A stretch of 64,000 bases of DNA from Balanoglossus misakiensis (taxonomy: Eukaryota; Animalia; Hemichordata): NCBI GenBank assembly GCA_040954595.2, contig CM082579.2:15538550-15602549 (forward strand). The letters are read 5' to 3'. The notes under the pieces were generated by a model. That model worked only from the letters and a program-made list of their open reading frames with translations, had not been told where the DNA came from and searched no databases. The translations under genes and the position numbers were made by a program. Below, piece after piece: positions 13,527 to 26,826 of this stretch; the first letter of the stretch is position 1; every line of letters begins with the position of its first letter.

Positions 13527-13855
13527 TGTGGGGAAGTATCGTGGCAGTGATCAATACTCCCGGGAGGGGGTTCGAGTATACTGACGTCGGAAAAGAAGCG
13601 AACGATTCAGTGCTAGGTAAAACACTGGTTTATTACCATCTGAATCCAACAACAAAGTAACACCACAGAGCTCCTTACAAAATGCTGCCCGAAAGCGCCA
13701 AAACTGGGTTATATATAAGTCCCACGAACGCCGGAGCAAACACTCAACAATTACAATAAATCTGCTACAAGTTTGGCGGGAAACAAAGTCAACTCTGATA
13801 GGGTAAGAGTTTCCGTCACGTGATCCTTCTGGAGTAAATCTCTCACTTCTCCATA
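13527..13855 (-). repeat. BEL 3' LTR (329 bp), PPT at 13856-13868
   Basis: Matches 23780-24115 except ~3 substitutions and a 7-bp indel; minus-strand gcgcgggggagaa immediately precedes it. Confidence 0.93.
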
Positions 13856-14027
13856 TTCTCCCCCGCGCAAAGGAAAGTCTCGAAAATCATCAGAAAAAAA
13901 AACATTAAATAACATGAAATATGATTAAAGTCACCTAAAGTGTTCAAGGATAATAAACTAATGTTCATTGTGTCAGTAAACATGATAACAGTCACAATGC
14001 GATCGAAATTGTTTTCCAATTTCAAAG

Positions 14028-16834
14028 TCAAATAGAGAGATCCGCTATTCGTACTCGAGCGGCAACTGCAGAGTCTCTGACAGGTCGTCTCGGGGGTACA
14101 ACATCCGCCTTCACCGAGGAATCTTCAGAGGCTCCAGCTGTGTCGACTGTTTCAGTATTCGTGTTGGAATCTGCTCCAATACCTGTATTATCTCCAGACA
14201 CAGTTGACAGCTCCTTGGAGACAACTTCCAATGGGTACAATTTATGGATAGGTCGGTTTGTAGGACCACCTGCGGTGTTCAACTCCGCAGATCGTACCAG
14301 TTTATTATTACCGAAGATCAACCTTGTTACAGTTCCTAAATGCCATTTCGGACGTTTGTCAGTGTCACTGTGTATTATCACGACATCTCCGACCTTGATG
14401 ACATTATCACGAGTTCCTTTGGTGGGATGTCGTTCACGTAGGGCAGTCAGATACTCGGACGACCATCTTCGCCAAAATTGATCGTGTAATCTTGATAGAT
14501 GTTCATATATTTTGTTGATTTCACGATTATCACAGTAAGATGGGTCAATCACCTCCTCGTCGGTGATCTCGATGTACGGCAATGAGGTCAGTGTCCTGCC
14601 ATGTAGCAAGTGATTTGGGGTCAATCCAATGTTGTCGTTTATACTAAATGACACGTACGTTAACGGCCTGTCGTTTAAAACGGCTTCAATTTCAGTCACA
14701 ACTGTTGCGAGTTCATCAAAGGTTAGGTAAGCTCGACCGAGAGTTTTCCTAATAGCGTTCTTTGTCAAAGCAATCAGCCTCTCCCAGAAGCCACCAAACC
14801 AGGGCGCGCGCTTCGGTATAAACGTCCATTGTACACGGTGTGCGGCGAGAAAGTCATTTACTTCTGGCGTATCAAACAGTGTTTTGATTTCATTGGCAGC
14901 CGATAAATAAGTCGATGCGTTGTCTGACAGCATCCTACTCGGCAAAGAACGTCTCGCGGCGAATCTTCTGAACGCGTGCATGAACGTCTGGGTTGACATA
15001 TCAGGAACCAGTTCTAGGTGAATGGCACGCGTCACCGCACAGGTGAATAAACAGATATAGGCTTTGGCACGTGTCCCATCTTTGGCCTTGGTATAAAGAT
15101 GACCCGTGAAATCCACGCCTGTTACAGTAAATGCTGGGACAATGTTCACTCGATAACTTGGTAGCGGCGCTTGCACTGGATTCGCGTAAGGTTTCCCGGT
15201 AACTTTGTTGCAAATGACACAACCACGTAAGACACCGCGTACAATAATCTGAATTTTGGGGATCCAATATCTTTGCCTTATCTGTGTCACTGTAGATTGG
15301 ACTCCCTGGTGAAGCGTCAGTTCGTGTGATTTCCGTATTATCAAATTTGTCAATTTATGATGCGAGGGTATCAAGGCGGGAAATCTTGTGACGAAATCGA
15401 TCGGCGCGTTATGGATTCTACTCCCACAGCGAAGTACGTCTTCTTCGTCAACAAATAAGTTCAGTTGTCGAACAATGGGCGCACATTTACTCAAGTTCAA
15501 TTTCACAGACTGGATTTCGGCGTCATAGAACTGCCGTTGAATATGTTTAACCCACATATTTTCCGCTCGGTGCAGCTCATCAGGGGTAATTCTCCCGTGT
15601 TTCACCTCGGTAGATTTTTTCATCCGTGCGATGAATCTGAGGACATAACTTGTCACTCGTAATAGCCTATCCAAGTTGTTGAATCTGGAAATGTCAACAA
15701 CGTGTTGAATTCCGTAGTCATTGGGACTGGTAATTTCCAGATTTTCGCGATCTGTACATCGTCTGGCTTTGGGGGGAGCGAGTATTTCTGCCTTCTCGGT
15801 AGACTGATCGTTGATTCCGTTGCCGAAACGCGGCGGCAATCTGTCCGTCTCATCTGGTTCGATTGCGGTATGCATCACATTAACATCAAACGCTGGGCAA
15901 CTAGGCCAATCGCTTGTCTTTAGCCATGTTGGTCCATTACGCCATAGTTCAGAGCGTTCCATCATTTCGTAGGTTACCCCTCTGGTTAAAAGATCAGCTG
16001 GGTTGTGTTCTGATGGGCAGTATTTCTTTGTGGACTGAAATTCGCGAATTTCATCTACTCGATTCTTCACAAACACCGGAAGTCTCTTCTCACTGTTCAG
16101 CCAGTGAAGGACAATTTGGCTGTCACTCCATAAATAACAACGAACTATGTCATATTTGGAGGACAGGGCTTCTTTAGCGTACTTGCTGAGACGTATGGCT
16201 ATTAACGCAGCCATCAATTCCAGTCGCGGGAGTGTAGTTTCAGCCACTGGTGCGGTTCTAGTCTTCGCCATCACAAACGACGTTTGCTGTCCTCTTTTCA
16301 AATACACTACTGCCCCATACGCTCTCTGGCTTGCGTCTGCAAAGGCGTGTAGCTCGCATTCATTGTCGCCTTCAAGTTCATCAAAATATTGTCGTTCGAT
16401 CTTCGTGTTTCGCGAGTCTTTGAGATCTTCTGCGATGTGCATCCATTGAGTGTAGAGATCTGCGTTGATAGGTTCATCCCAGTCTAATTCCAGTTTCCAT
16501 AGTAACTGAATGAACAATTTGGCTTTGATCATTACAGGGGCGAGAAATCCAAACGGATCAAATAGCATCGCCACATAGCTGACAATGTCACGTTTGGTCA
16601 CGAGTTCGGCACGCGACGACATATTAACCACTTTGGAGTAAGTCAATTCGTCAGATTTTGTTGACCACTGCATTCCCAAAACGGATACATCTTCGGTGGG
16701 TTCGTTCAGATTGTCACATGTAGCGAGTTCGTTTATTTGTTGACAGTTGGAAGACCATGCTCTGAGTTTGAATCCGCCTGATGTCATCAACTCATTGGCT
16801 TCATGGTAGTATTTCATGGAGTTTTCTGCAGTAT
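14028..16834 (-). CDS. BEL Pol C-terminal part (RT end, RNase H, integrase)
   Basis: 929-aa ORF: FDPFG, HAFADAS, LPRLEL, WSDS, NPAD, HxxxxH/CxxC, GVDF, SDNA, GGFWER. Confidence 0.92.
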
Positions 16835-18272
16835 TTTTTTATTTTATTTATTTATTACACAGATCAACGGGCAAACCCACTTACAGATCTGGGAAACAAT
16901 AAAAACAATTAAGTCACAAAACAAAAATTAACTGAAAAACAAGACACCAAAAAAGTAACACATGTCACGTAAAATATAAATACAAATCAAGGAACAGTAC
17001 TATTAAAATGACTGGATAAAATAGATTTAAAACTGTGGAGCGTAGAAAAAATATCAATATTACATTTAGAAGAAATCTCATTAAAAGCAGACATGCATCT
17101 GAGCATTGTCGAGAATTTTCTACAATTAACGGAGCGCAAGTCGGGTTTAAAAAGGGGTTTCTTGCGTAAATTTCTACTAGGGGCGTAAAAACATATTTGA
17201 TTTAAAATACCAGGTGAATCATACTGTGAGTGGATAATTTTGTATAAAAAAAAACATGTCAAGGGTGAGTCTTCTGTTATATAACATTGGGATATTCAGT
17301 AATCTACAATAAATAGGGTAGCTGGACCTGCTGCAGTGAATATTGAGTTTGCAACAAATGTACTTCACAAACTTAATTTGTACCCGCTCAATCTTGTCTG
17401 ACAGGCCCTTTTGGTGGGGTGACCACACAACAGAGCCATACTCTAGAATAGATCTTACATAAACAAAATATAGAGAAATAATAGCGGATATGTCATTAAA
17501 AGGCTGGCAGAGGCGCTTAATAAAACCCAGAGATTTGAAGGCTCTGGAAACTGTGTTATTTATGTGGAAAGAATAATTGAGATTAGAAGTAAGGTATATG
17601 CCCAAGTCCTTGATTACAGAAACACGTTGAAGGGGAGTGCCATTGATAGAGTAGTCAGTAGATGAAATAACCCTTTTCTTTAGGGTGAAACTGATGAATT
17701 TGCATTTATTGATATTAGGTGACAACTTCCAGTTGTCACACCAGAGAGCAAATTTATCAAGGTCTTTCTGTAACAAGTCACAATCAGCGGAGGAGGTGAT
17801 GGTACGGTAAATCTTAGCATCGTCGGCATACATGCTGAGCTTTGCAGAAATATCTAACAGTGATATATCATTTATATACATTACAAAAAGTAGTGGCCCC
17901 AAGAGTGAACCTTGTGGGACCCCCGATGTAGCAGTGAAGCTGTTTGACGAGTGACTGCCAAACACCACCCTCTGTTGTCTGAGATGGAGATACGACGCCA
18001 GCCAGCTGTGCAAATTGCCACATATACCAAATTTGGCGGCTTTGTACAGCAGTAGTGTGTGACAGACACTGTCAAACGCCTTGCTAAAACCAGTGTAGAT
18101 TGAATCTACCTGTTCTTTGTTGTTCAATGAAGCTGAAATGAAATCAGTGTAAGCCACTAAGTTGGTTGTGGTAGATCTATTTTTAACAAATCCATGCTGA
18201 TCAATGGATATATTTGGTTGAACATGCTGGTAGATATGAGGGACAATGACAGCTTCGAAAATCTTAGCAAAA
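16835..18272 (-). mobile_element. 5'-truncated CR1-like non-LTR retrotransposon, copy 1, with A-rich tail
   Basis: QHGF..STTTNL, FSKAFD, GVPQGS.LGPLLF, YADD, KDLG; (AAAT)n/A tail at 16835-16856; inserted in BEL RT. Confidence 0.9.
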
Positions 18273-19592
18273 TATCAACTCCATCGATCACATTATCCAC
18301 ACAGATATTATTTCCCAATCTGTCAGCGGTGGGAAGTTGACTATTGTTCTCTAAATGCGTCTTGATAACCGCATTGAGGATGAATGGGGAACAGACTGCT
18401 CCAAACAAGACAGACTTAAACTGCAAAGTTATGAAGTCACTTTCTGGGTCGTTAATGTCCGACAGCCACAGAAATTTCGTGAATTTCCTCTCATCTTCTT
18501 CCAACCGAATGTTCAGGAATGCTTTCTCAATGTCAGCTGTGAAAGCAATGTTATTGGCGCGGAATCTCAGCAGAATCGCTGGCAGGTCATTTATTAATGA
18601 CGGTCCAGTTTGCAAGCAATCATTCAAACTTGGATAATTAGAATCCTTCTTACAAGAGCAATCATAAACGATGCGAATGGGTGTTGTGGTCGAATTCTTA
18701 ACCACCGGACGATGTGGCAAATAGTGTCCGATATTCACGTCATCTTCGTCAACCTCTCCGATGAAGTCGCGACGTCTCTGTTCATTGATTATGTCGTCAT
18801 ATTTCTTGATGAGTTCAGAGGGTAACCTGCGTATCATATTACGCGTGCGTTTCATGGCGACATCGTAGTTGGTGGGTAGTGGAGGGTGATCTTCCTTCCA
18901 CAGTAGTTTAGCTACGTATTTTCCTCGGTCAACTCTCAAGTGCGTGTCTCTGTAAGACTCGTACGTCAACTGTTCATCAACTGTTGGATTGTCCTGAATA
19001 CCGATCAATTCAAGGTCCCACATATTTTGGACCTGTGGTTCTCGGCCGATCGCAGTACTATCCATCGGTGTATACATGTCCGTTGCGCGATCTCCATGCA
19101 GTCCGTTGATAGAGTTCTCTGAAACTACGTTACTGGTATCAGCAGTAGAAATCACATGTAAGATATGCGCATTAGAATCCACTTTGGGAGTTCCGAGGGG
19201 TCCGGAGAGTAAGTATCCAAAGGTCAGTGTCCTGCCATGTAGCAAGTGATTTGGGGTCAATCCAATGTTGTCGTTTATACTAAATGACACGTACGTTAAC
19301 GGCCTGTCGTTTAAAACGGCTTCAATTTCAGTCACAACTGTTGCGAGTTCATCAAAGGTTAGGTAAGCTCGACCGAGAGTTTTCCTAATAGCGTTCTTTG
19401 TCAAAGCAATCAGCCTCTCCCAGAAGCCACCAAACCAGGGCGCGCGCTTCGGTATAAACGTCCATTGTACACGGTGTGCGGCGAGAAAGTCATTTACTTC
19501 TGGCGTATCAAACAGTGTTTTGATTTCATTGGCAGCCGATAAATAAGTCGATGCGTTGTCTGACAGCATCCTACTCGGCAAAGAACGTCTCG
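18273..19592 (-). pseudogene. Duplicated BEL segments: PR/RT piece (18273-19221, copy of ~20942-21889) fused to integrase piece (19221-19592, copy of 14585-14956)
   Basis: Near-identical sequence; yields chimeric ORF 18157-19581. Confidence 0.9.
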
Positions 19593-19596
19593 TCTC

Positions 19597-20941
19597 TTAA
19601 CTGAAAAACAAGACACCAAAAAAGTAACACATGTCACGTAAAATATAAATACAAATCAAGGAACAGTACTATTAAAATGACTGGATAAAATAGATTTAAA
19701 ACTGTGGAGCGTAGAAAAAATATCAATATTACATTTAGAAGAAATCTCATTAAAAGCAGACATGCATCTGAGCATTGTCGAGAATTTTCTACAATTAACG
19801 GAGCGCAAGTCGGGTTTAAAAAGGGGTTTCTTGCGTAAATTTCTACTAGGGGCGTAAAAACATATTTGATTTAAAATACCAGGTGAATCATACTGTGAGT
19901 GGATAATTTTGTATAAAAAAAAACATGTCAAGGGTGAGTCTTCTGTTATATAACATTGGGATATTCAGTAATCTACAATAAATAGGGTAGCTGGACCTGC
20001 TGCAGTGAATATTGAGTTTGCAACAAATGTACTTCACAAACTTAATTTGTACCCGCTCAATCTTGTCTGACAGGCCCTTTTGGTGGGGTGACCACACAAC
20101 AGAGCCATACTCTAGAATAGATCTTACATAAACAAAATATAGAGAAATAATAGCGGATATGTCATTAAAAGGCTGGCAGAGGCGCTTAATAAAACCCAGA
20201 GATTTGAAGGCTCTGGAAACTGTGTTATTTATGTGGAAAGAATAATTGAGATTAGAAGTAAGGTATATGCCCAAGTCCTTGATTACAGAAACACGTTGAA
20301 GGGGAGTGCCATTGATAGAGTAGTCAGTAGATGAAATAACCCTTTTCTTTAGGGTGAAACTGATGAATTTGCATTTATTGATATTAGGTGACAACTTCCA
20401 GTTGTCACACCAGAGAGCAAATTTATCAAGGTCTTTCTGTAACAAGTCACAATCAGCGGAGGAGGTGATGGTACGGTAAATCTTAGCATCGTCGGCATAC
20501 ATGCTGAGCTTTGCAGAAATATCTAACAGTGATATATCATTTATATACATTACAAAAAGTAGTGGCCCCAAGAGTGAACCTTGTGGGACCCCCGATGTAG
20601 CAGTGAAGCTGTTTGACGAGTGACTGCCAAACACCACCCTCTGTTGTCTGAGATGGAGATACGACGCCAGCCAGCTGTGCAAATTGCCACATATACCAAA
20701 TTTGGCGGCTTTGTACAGCAGTAGTGTGTGACAGACACTGTCAAACGCCTTGCTAAAATCAGTGTAGATTGAATCTACCTGTTCTTTGTTGTTCAATGAA
20801 GCTGAAATGAAATCAGTGTAAGCCACTAAGTTGGTTGTGGTAGATCTATTTTTAACAAATCCATGCTGATCAATGGATATATTTGGTTGAACATGCTGGT
20901 AGATATGAGGGACAATGACAGCTTCGAAAATCTTAGCAAAA
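19597..20941 (-). mobile_element. CR1-like LINE copy 2 (duplicate lacking the 3'-terminal ~93 bp and tail)
   Basis: Matches 16928-18272 at offset 2669 with the same 5' junction; one D/G codon differs. Confidence 0.9.
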
Positions 20942-23746
20942 TATCAACTCCATCGATCACATTATCCACACAGATATTATTTCCCAATCTGTCAGCGGTG
21001 GGAAGTTGACTATTGTTCTCTAAATGCGTCTTGATAACCGCATTAGGATGAATGGGGAACAGACTGCTCCAAACAAGACAGACTTAAACTGCAAAGTTAT
21101 GAAGTCACTTTCTGGGTCGTTAATGTCCGACAGCCACAGAAATTTCGTGAATTTCCTCTCATCTTCTTCCAACCGAATGTTCAGGAATGCTTTCTCAATG
21201 TCAGCTGTGAAAGCAATGTTATTGGCGCGGAATCTCAGCAGAATCGCTGGCAGGTCATTTATTAATGACGGTCCAGTTTGCAAGCAATCATTCAAACTTG
21301 GATAATTAGAATCCTTCTTACAAGAGCAATCATAAACGATGCGAATGGGTGTTGTGGTCGAATTCTTAACCACCGGACGATGTGGCAAATAGTGTCCGAT
21401 ATTCACGTCATCTTCGTCAACCTCTCCGATGAAGTCGCGACGTCTCTGTTCATTGATTATGTCGTCATATTTCTTGATGAGTTCAGAGGGTAACCTGCGT
21501 ATCATATTACGCGTGCGTTTCATGGCGACATCGTAGTTGGTGGGTAGTGGAGGGTGATCTTCCTTCCACAGTAGTTTAGCTACGTATTTTCCTCGGTCAA
21601 CTCTCAAGTGCGTGTCTCTGTAAGACTCGTACGTCAACTGTTCATCAACTGTTGGATTGTCCTGAATACCGATCAATTCAAGGTCCCACATATTTTGGAC
21701 CTGTGGTTCTCGGCCGATCGCAGTACTATCCATCGGTGTATACATGTCCGTTGCGCGATCTCCATGCAGTCCGTTGATAGAGTTCTCTGAAACTACGTTA
21801 CTGGTATCAGCAGTAGAAATCACATGTAAGATATGCGCATTAGAATCCACTTTGGGAGTTCCGAGGGGTCCGGAGAGTAAGTATCCAAATTTGGATGACA
21901 CAGCAGTGGGGCCGGACGCGCCAGAAATAACGTGTGAGCCCATGAAATTCCAATATTGGTCGGCTCCGATTAGAACATCTATTGGCCACGACTGATCACT
22001 CGAAACTGGATGTGCGAATGGTAGCCCTTTCAGGTGGCTCATATTGTGGACTTCCTGAGAAATGTGATTTGTTAAGTCCGACGATATCTCTGGAATTATC
22101 ATCGCGTGAATAGTTGAAGTATTCCCGTTCAGTTCATGAGCAGTTAGTTCGGTGAATCCCATGGTGCGTACTTTGGAATCCTTGCCACGGAAGGTCGATA
22201 ACTTTATGTGTTCGTGCCGCGTAGCTTTCGCGGACAGCTGACGGGCGAATCTCTCAGTGACGAATGTCTTATTTGCTCCTTCATCAAACAGGATGATGGC
22301 ATGTATGGGGGTTCCCCGTCCGACAGACAGTGGTACAAACGCAGTTTTCAGCAGCACTGGCCCAGTGTTTATCTTCTTATCCGTAAATGTATCGGTATTA
22401 GTCAATGTTACTTTGACATCAGAAGTACTTGATGATGGCGATGGCGAGGACGACGCTCCGGTTGGCGTAGTTGTAGCGGTGGGAACGTCGTAGTGTAGCG
22501 CAGAGTGATGACGTTTCCTACACTTTCTGCAGGAGTATTTTGATTTACACTCCGCAACTCTATGTTTTCCAAAGCAATTAAAACATAGTCTGTCCTTCTT
22601 CACAATGTCCAGTCTCTCGCGCGTATCAGTTACCACAGTGCAATTTGACGCGAAGTGTGACCCTTTGCAGAACGGGCACGTTTTGACAGGGGCGCGAAAA
22701 TTCTGTTTACCTGTCATCTGCGTTTTCGTGTGAAACGCGGTTATTACCGGTTCTCTGGTAGTGGCCATTGTTATCTCGTCGACCCGGTTGCCGGCTTGAA
22801 GGGCGTTTATCTCGTGTTGAATGGCTTTTCGTAGATCTGGTAATGTCCACGCAGCATTACCATGTTTTCTTGCTATCTGCTCTCGAATGTTAGGAGGTAA
22901 TTTCTCCCGTATTATTGGAACCAAAAGTTCGCCGTATGTGGTTTCCTCCTTACCCAGCGACTGAAGACCTCGAACGTGATTTTCAATCGAGTCGTAGAAA
23001 TGCCTTAAACTTTGTACGTCGGCGGTTGGGCTTTGTAGATTCCACAACGCGGTCATATGAGCATCTACTATGAGATGGGTTTGTCCGTATCTTTCGGTCA
23101 ATAAGTCAATCGCGTGCGTGAGTGGCAATCCGTTGATTGTTCTCGCTGCTTCATCTTTAAGTACACTCCGCAAATACGTAAACTTCTGAATGTTGTCCAA
23201 ATTAGTGTCCGAAGGTATCGAAGACTTGAATACATCGAAGAAACTCGACCATTCTATTACATTGCCTGAGAAAGTTTGCAGCTGGAGTTTCGGTAGAGTT
23301 ACTGTTTTACGAGGCGTCGCGTTGCCGAGGCTGCTTCCCGTTACATTACCAGTACTAGTAGTAGTTGTCCGCATCTCCGATTTGTTTTTCTTGATGAAAG
23401 ATGCGATGCGATGATTGTGTTCGAAGATTTCGGCGTGGTAGTCGCCTGAAGTTTCATTTTCTTCGTCAAAGTGTTCATCGTCAATTAGATCGAGGATTCT
23501 CACCTCGAGGTCGGCGAGTAGACGGATCTTGTTCGAAAGTTGTTCGTTTAGCCCTTCCAGCGTGTCGAGTGTAGTCGGCTTGTCTGTACCGACGTCTACG
23601 AAATTGTTCATGATGGTGTCGGCCCGGTTGAACAGTCGGGTCACTTGTGCGCGTTGACCACGACGCGATCTCTTCAGTTTTGTCAACGCTGTTGGCTGAT
23701 CCTCTTGTTGTCCATCTTGTGGCGCGATGTGTTCTTGTTCCGACAT
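20942..23746 (-). CDS. BEL Gag-protease-RT N-terminal part; 1-bp deletion near 21045
   Basis: 908-aa ORF: LPKLQL..FSG, three Cys/His clusters, LFDEGA, YLPH, RIVYD, ADIEKAF. Confidence 0.92.
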
Positions 23747-23757
23747 CTTGCTCGGTT

Positions 23758-23775
23758 ATCCTGGTCTCGGCACCA
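23758..23775 (-). promoter_or_regulatory. Primer-binding site, tRNA-His-like
   Basis: Minus strand TGGTGCCGAGACCAGGAT, 4 nt inside the 5' LTR; one mismatch to the complement of an invertebrate tRNA-His 3' end as recalled. Confidence 0.7.
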
Positions 23776-23779
23776 AAAA

Positions 23780-24115
23780 TGTGGGGAAGTATCGTGGCAG
23801 TGATCAATACTCCCGGGAGGGGGTTCGAGTATACTGACGTCGGAAAAGAAGCGAACGATTCAGTGCTAGGTAAAACACTGGTTTATTACCATCTGAATCC
23901 AACAACAAAGTAACACCACAGAGCTCCTTACAAAAAGCTGCCCGAAATCGCCAAAACTGGGTTATATATAAGTCCCACGAACGCCGGAGCAAACACTCAA
24001 AAATTACAATAAATCTGCTACAAGTATAAAGTTTGGCGGGAAACAAAGTCAACTCTGATAGGGTAAGAGTTTCCGTCACGTGATCCTTCTGGAGTAAATC
24101 TCTCACTTCTCCATA
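23780..24115 (-). repeat. BEL 5' LTR (336 bp)
   Basis: Direct repeat of 13527-13855, adjacent to the PBS. Confidence 0.93.
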
Positions 24116-25431
24116 CAAATTGTGGCTAAAATTGTTATTTTCGTGTTGAATGCCGCCAGTGTCACAGCTTTTAAAAGTCATAAAAACTTTTAACATACAA
24201 GCAATTGTTTATATATGATCAGGTCACCGAATTAAAAAAATAAAGAATGTTTTGCCTAAAAATGACCTTTTTGGTGCAAAAACGAAATAAACGCAATTTT
24301 GTATTAAATCGGCTCATTCACAGTGTATTTTTTATAATCAGCACCATTTTTACATATAATGGAAATTTCATACATCATCAGATATCCAAATATGAAAAAA
24401 TGATTTAGATTTTAGATGATTGTCCAAAATTAGCTGATATCTAATAAAATGTAGTATTGAACCGTTCTGTCCCCCCCCCCCTACATTATATGCGGTACGC
24501 CGATGTCAGCTTACCCGGCAGTACTGCAGGCCGTGCCCCCAACTAACGTCGGTGTTTGAAACGCCCTGGTTAAATTCGGGCTTTCTCTATAAATGGACAG
24601 GCAATAATGCAGTCCTACCCGAACAAATTTCGAGTGTAGACCCGCTGTGACTTTCCCTCTTCGGTTTGCCCGACTTAGTCAACGTCTTTGTACTAGAGTG
24701 TCGGGTCTTTTGCAGAGCCAGGCCGAAGAAATTCCGACTTGATCAACGTTGCTAACAAACGCTAGTGTCTGTCATGGTGTGCCGGGGTTTTAGTCGAGCC
24801 AGGCCGTAGGAGATCTGACTTGGTCATCGTGGTCAATGTACGCGTGTTTCCGCTCTAAAGTGCCGGGGCTTCAGCTAAACCAGGCCGTAGGAAATCCGAC
24901 GTAATCACCGTTGATAACTTACGCCAGTCTGTGTCATATAGAGCCGGTGCACCAGCCGAGTCACGCCGTAGGAAATCTGACTTGATCAACGTGGTCAATG
25001 TACGCGTGTTTCTGCTCTAGAGTGCCGGGGCTTCAGCTGTGCCAGGCCGTCGGAAACCCGACGTGATTACCGTTGTTAACTTACGCCAGTCTGTGTCCTA
25101 TATATAGTGCCGGGGCATCAGCCGTGCCAGGCCGAAGGAAATGTGAGTAGATCAACGTGGTCTCTGTACGCGTGTTTCTGCTCTAGAGTGCCAGGGCTTT
25201 AGCCAAGCCATGCCGTAGGAAATCTGACTTGATCAACGTTGCTAACGAACGCTAGTGTCTGTCATAGTGTGCCTGGGTTTTAGTCGAGCCAAGCCTTAGG
25301 AGATCAGACTTGATCAACGTGGTCTCTGTACGCGTGTTTCTGCTCTGGAGTGCCTGCCGGGGCTTTATCCAAGCCATGCCGTAGAAAATCTGACTTGATC
25401 ACCGTTGCTAACGTACGCTAGTGTCTGTCAT

Positions 25432-26826
25432 AATAGTCATGTTTCATAAGTCAGGTCCATGACATATGTACCGACATCTGTGATTGGTCCATCTGGTAAT
25501 CTTAGGTCCACTTGAGGCACGGTGATTGGAGGGACCTTATGTGTTAGGTCTTATTATTATGTATTATTCACTAGACCTTGTAGGTTAGGTCTTATTACTA
25601 TGTATTATTCACTTTACAGCTCCCTGATTGGTTAATGTGTAGGTCTCCAATTTTCACTGCCTCGTTATGCAAAGTCTTTTGTACTTTCTGAATACAGTTG
25701 TCGTATTCTGTCTGGCATGCTGCCTGCGCGTTGTCGAAGCTCGATCCCAGTGTATAAAGAAAGGCACTCATATAATGATTGGATTTAACCTTTCCTTCAC
25801 TATTCATGGCATTTTTTTGTGATACTGTGAACTAGATACTCGAAATAAAAATTGCCAGGAGAATTTTTTTATTTTATTTCCAGTGGCGGTTTGTTGAAAT
25901 GGGCTAGTGTTTTGTTACGTAATGCTTTTCAGCGCATCACTTTGTGTAACACCTGGCTGAATACGAAGTGTGTGCTATTCATTCGAGCAAACCAAAAATA
26001 TCTTACAATAGAACTGTTTAGAATAGCATTGCATTTCTTTAATTGGGATACCTCATTAGTTGCTTTACAGGTATGATTACTTTTATTGTACTTCTTTCAC
26101 GAAGCTGCACCGTCATAGTTCCATTTTTATGAAAACAATATACGAATGTATAAACGGACAACGTACTCCTTTTCACAACATCTACGTCAAAACAAATTTA
26201 CTTTAAAATAGTAAAACAACAATAATAATATTGATGATGAGAAGTAGGAGGGTGATTTAAGAAAATATACAACTGTTAGCAAAAATGCTTAGATGTGTTA
26301 ATCAGATTTTCAAAGTCCATCTAAAAATCATTTAATCTTTCCAGGGTGCGGTTTATGTTGGAGATAGTATCAGTCAGGCTATTTCTCAGAAAATTAATGA
26401 ATGATCTGCGGACATCCCGAATAATGTGTTACCACAACGCTAGCCAGGAAGCACATGGGACATTTCACAATGAGGCAGTGAACACTGGGAGACCAGACTG
26501 ACACGTTAACCAATCAGGGAGCTGTATGGTGAATAAATACATATTAATATGACCTAACCTACAAGGTCCTGTATTATGAGGCAGTAAACACATGGGGGAC
26601 CAGACTGACACGTTAACCAATCAGGGAGCTGTAAAGCGAAAAATGCATAGTAATAAGACCTAACCTACAAGGTCTAGTGAATAATACATAATAATAAGAC
26701 CTAACCTACAAGGTCCCTCCAATCAGCGTGCCGCAAGTGGACCTAAGAGAAGCGGATAAACCAATCAAAACATGCAATACATGTGTATAGGACGTGTAAT
26801 GTAGGTCATTTTGAAACAGGACTATT
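25432..26826. mobile_element. Non-autonomous TIR DNA transposon (MITE-like, ~1.4 kb), superfamily uncertain
   Basis: Ends AATAGTCATGTTTCA / TGAAACAGGACTATT; ~230-bp imperfect inverted arms with internal short repeats; interrupts satellite gtcatattgtg; no ORF. Confidence 0.85.

Larger units (their letters stand above)
13527..24115 (-). mobile_element. BEL/Pao LTR retrotransposon, two LTRs, 5-bp TSD CAAAT, disrupted by a LINE and an internal duplication
   Basis: LTRs 13527-13855 and 23780-24115; TSD 13522-13526 / 24116-24120; Pao-type gag, DEGA protease, RT, DAS RNase H, integrase ending RPIHKLYPLE. Confidence 0.95.

Noticed and set aside
13522-13531. 10-bp TSD caaattgtgg for the BEL element
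   Set aside because: tgtgg belongs to the LTR (also present at 23780); the true TSD is 5-bp CAAAT and the extra match looks coincidental.
18157-19581. 474-aa ORF as a novel gene or new element with INT before RT
   Set aside because: It is a junction product of near-identical duplicated BEL fragments with truncated domains.
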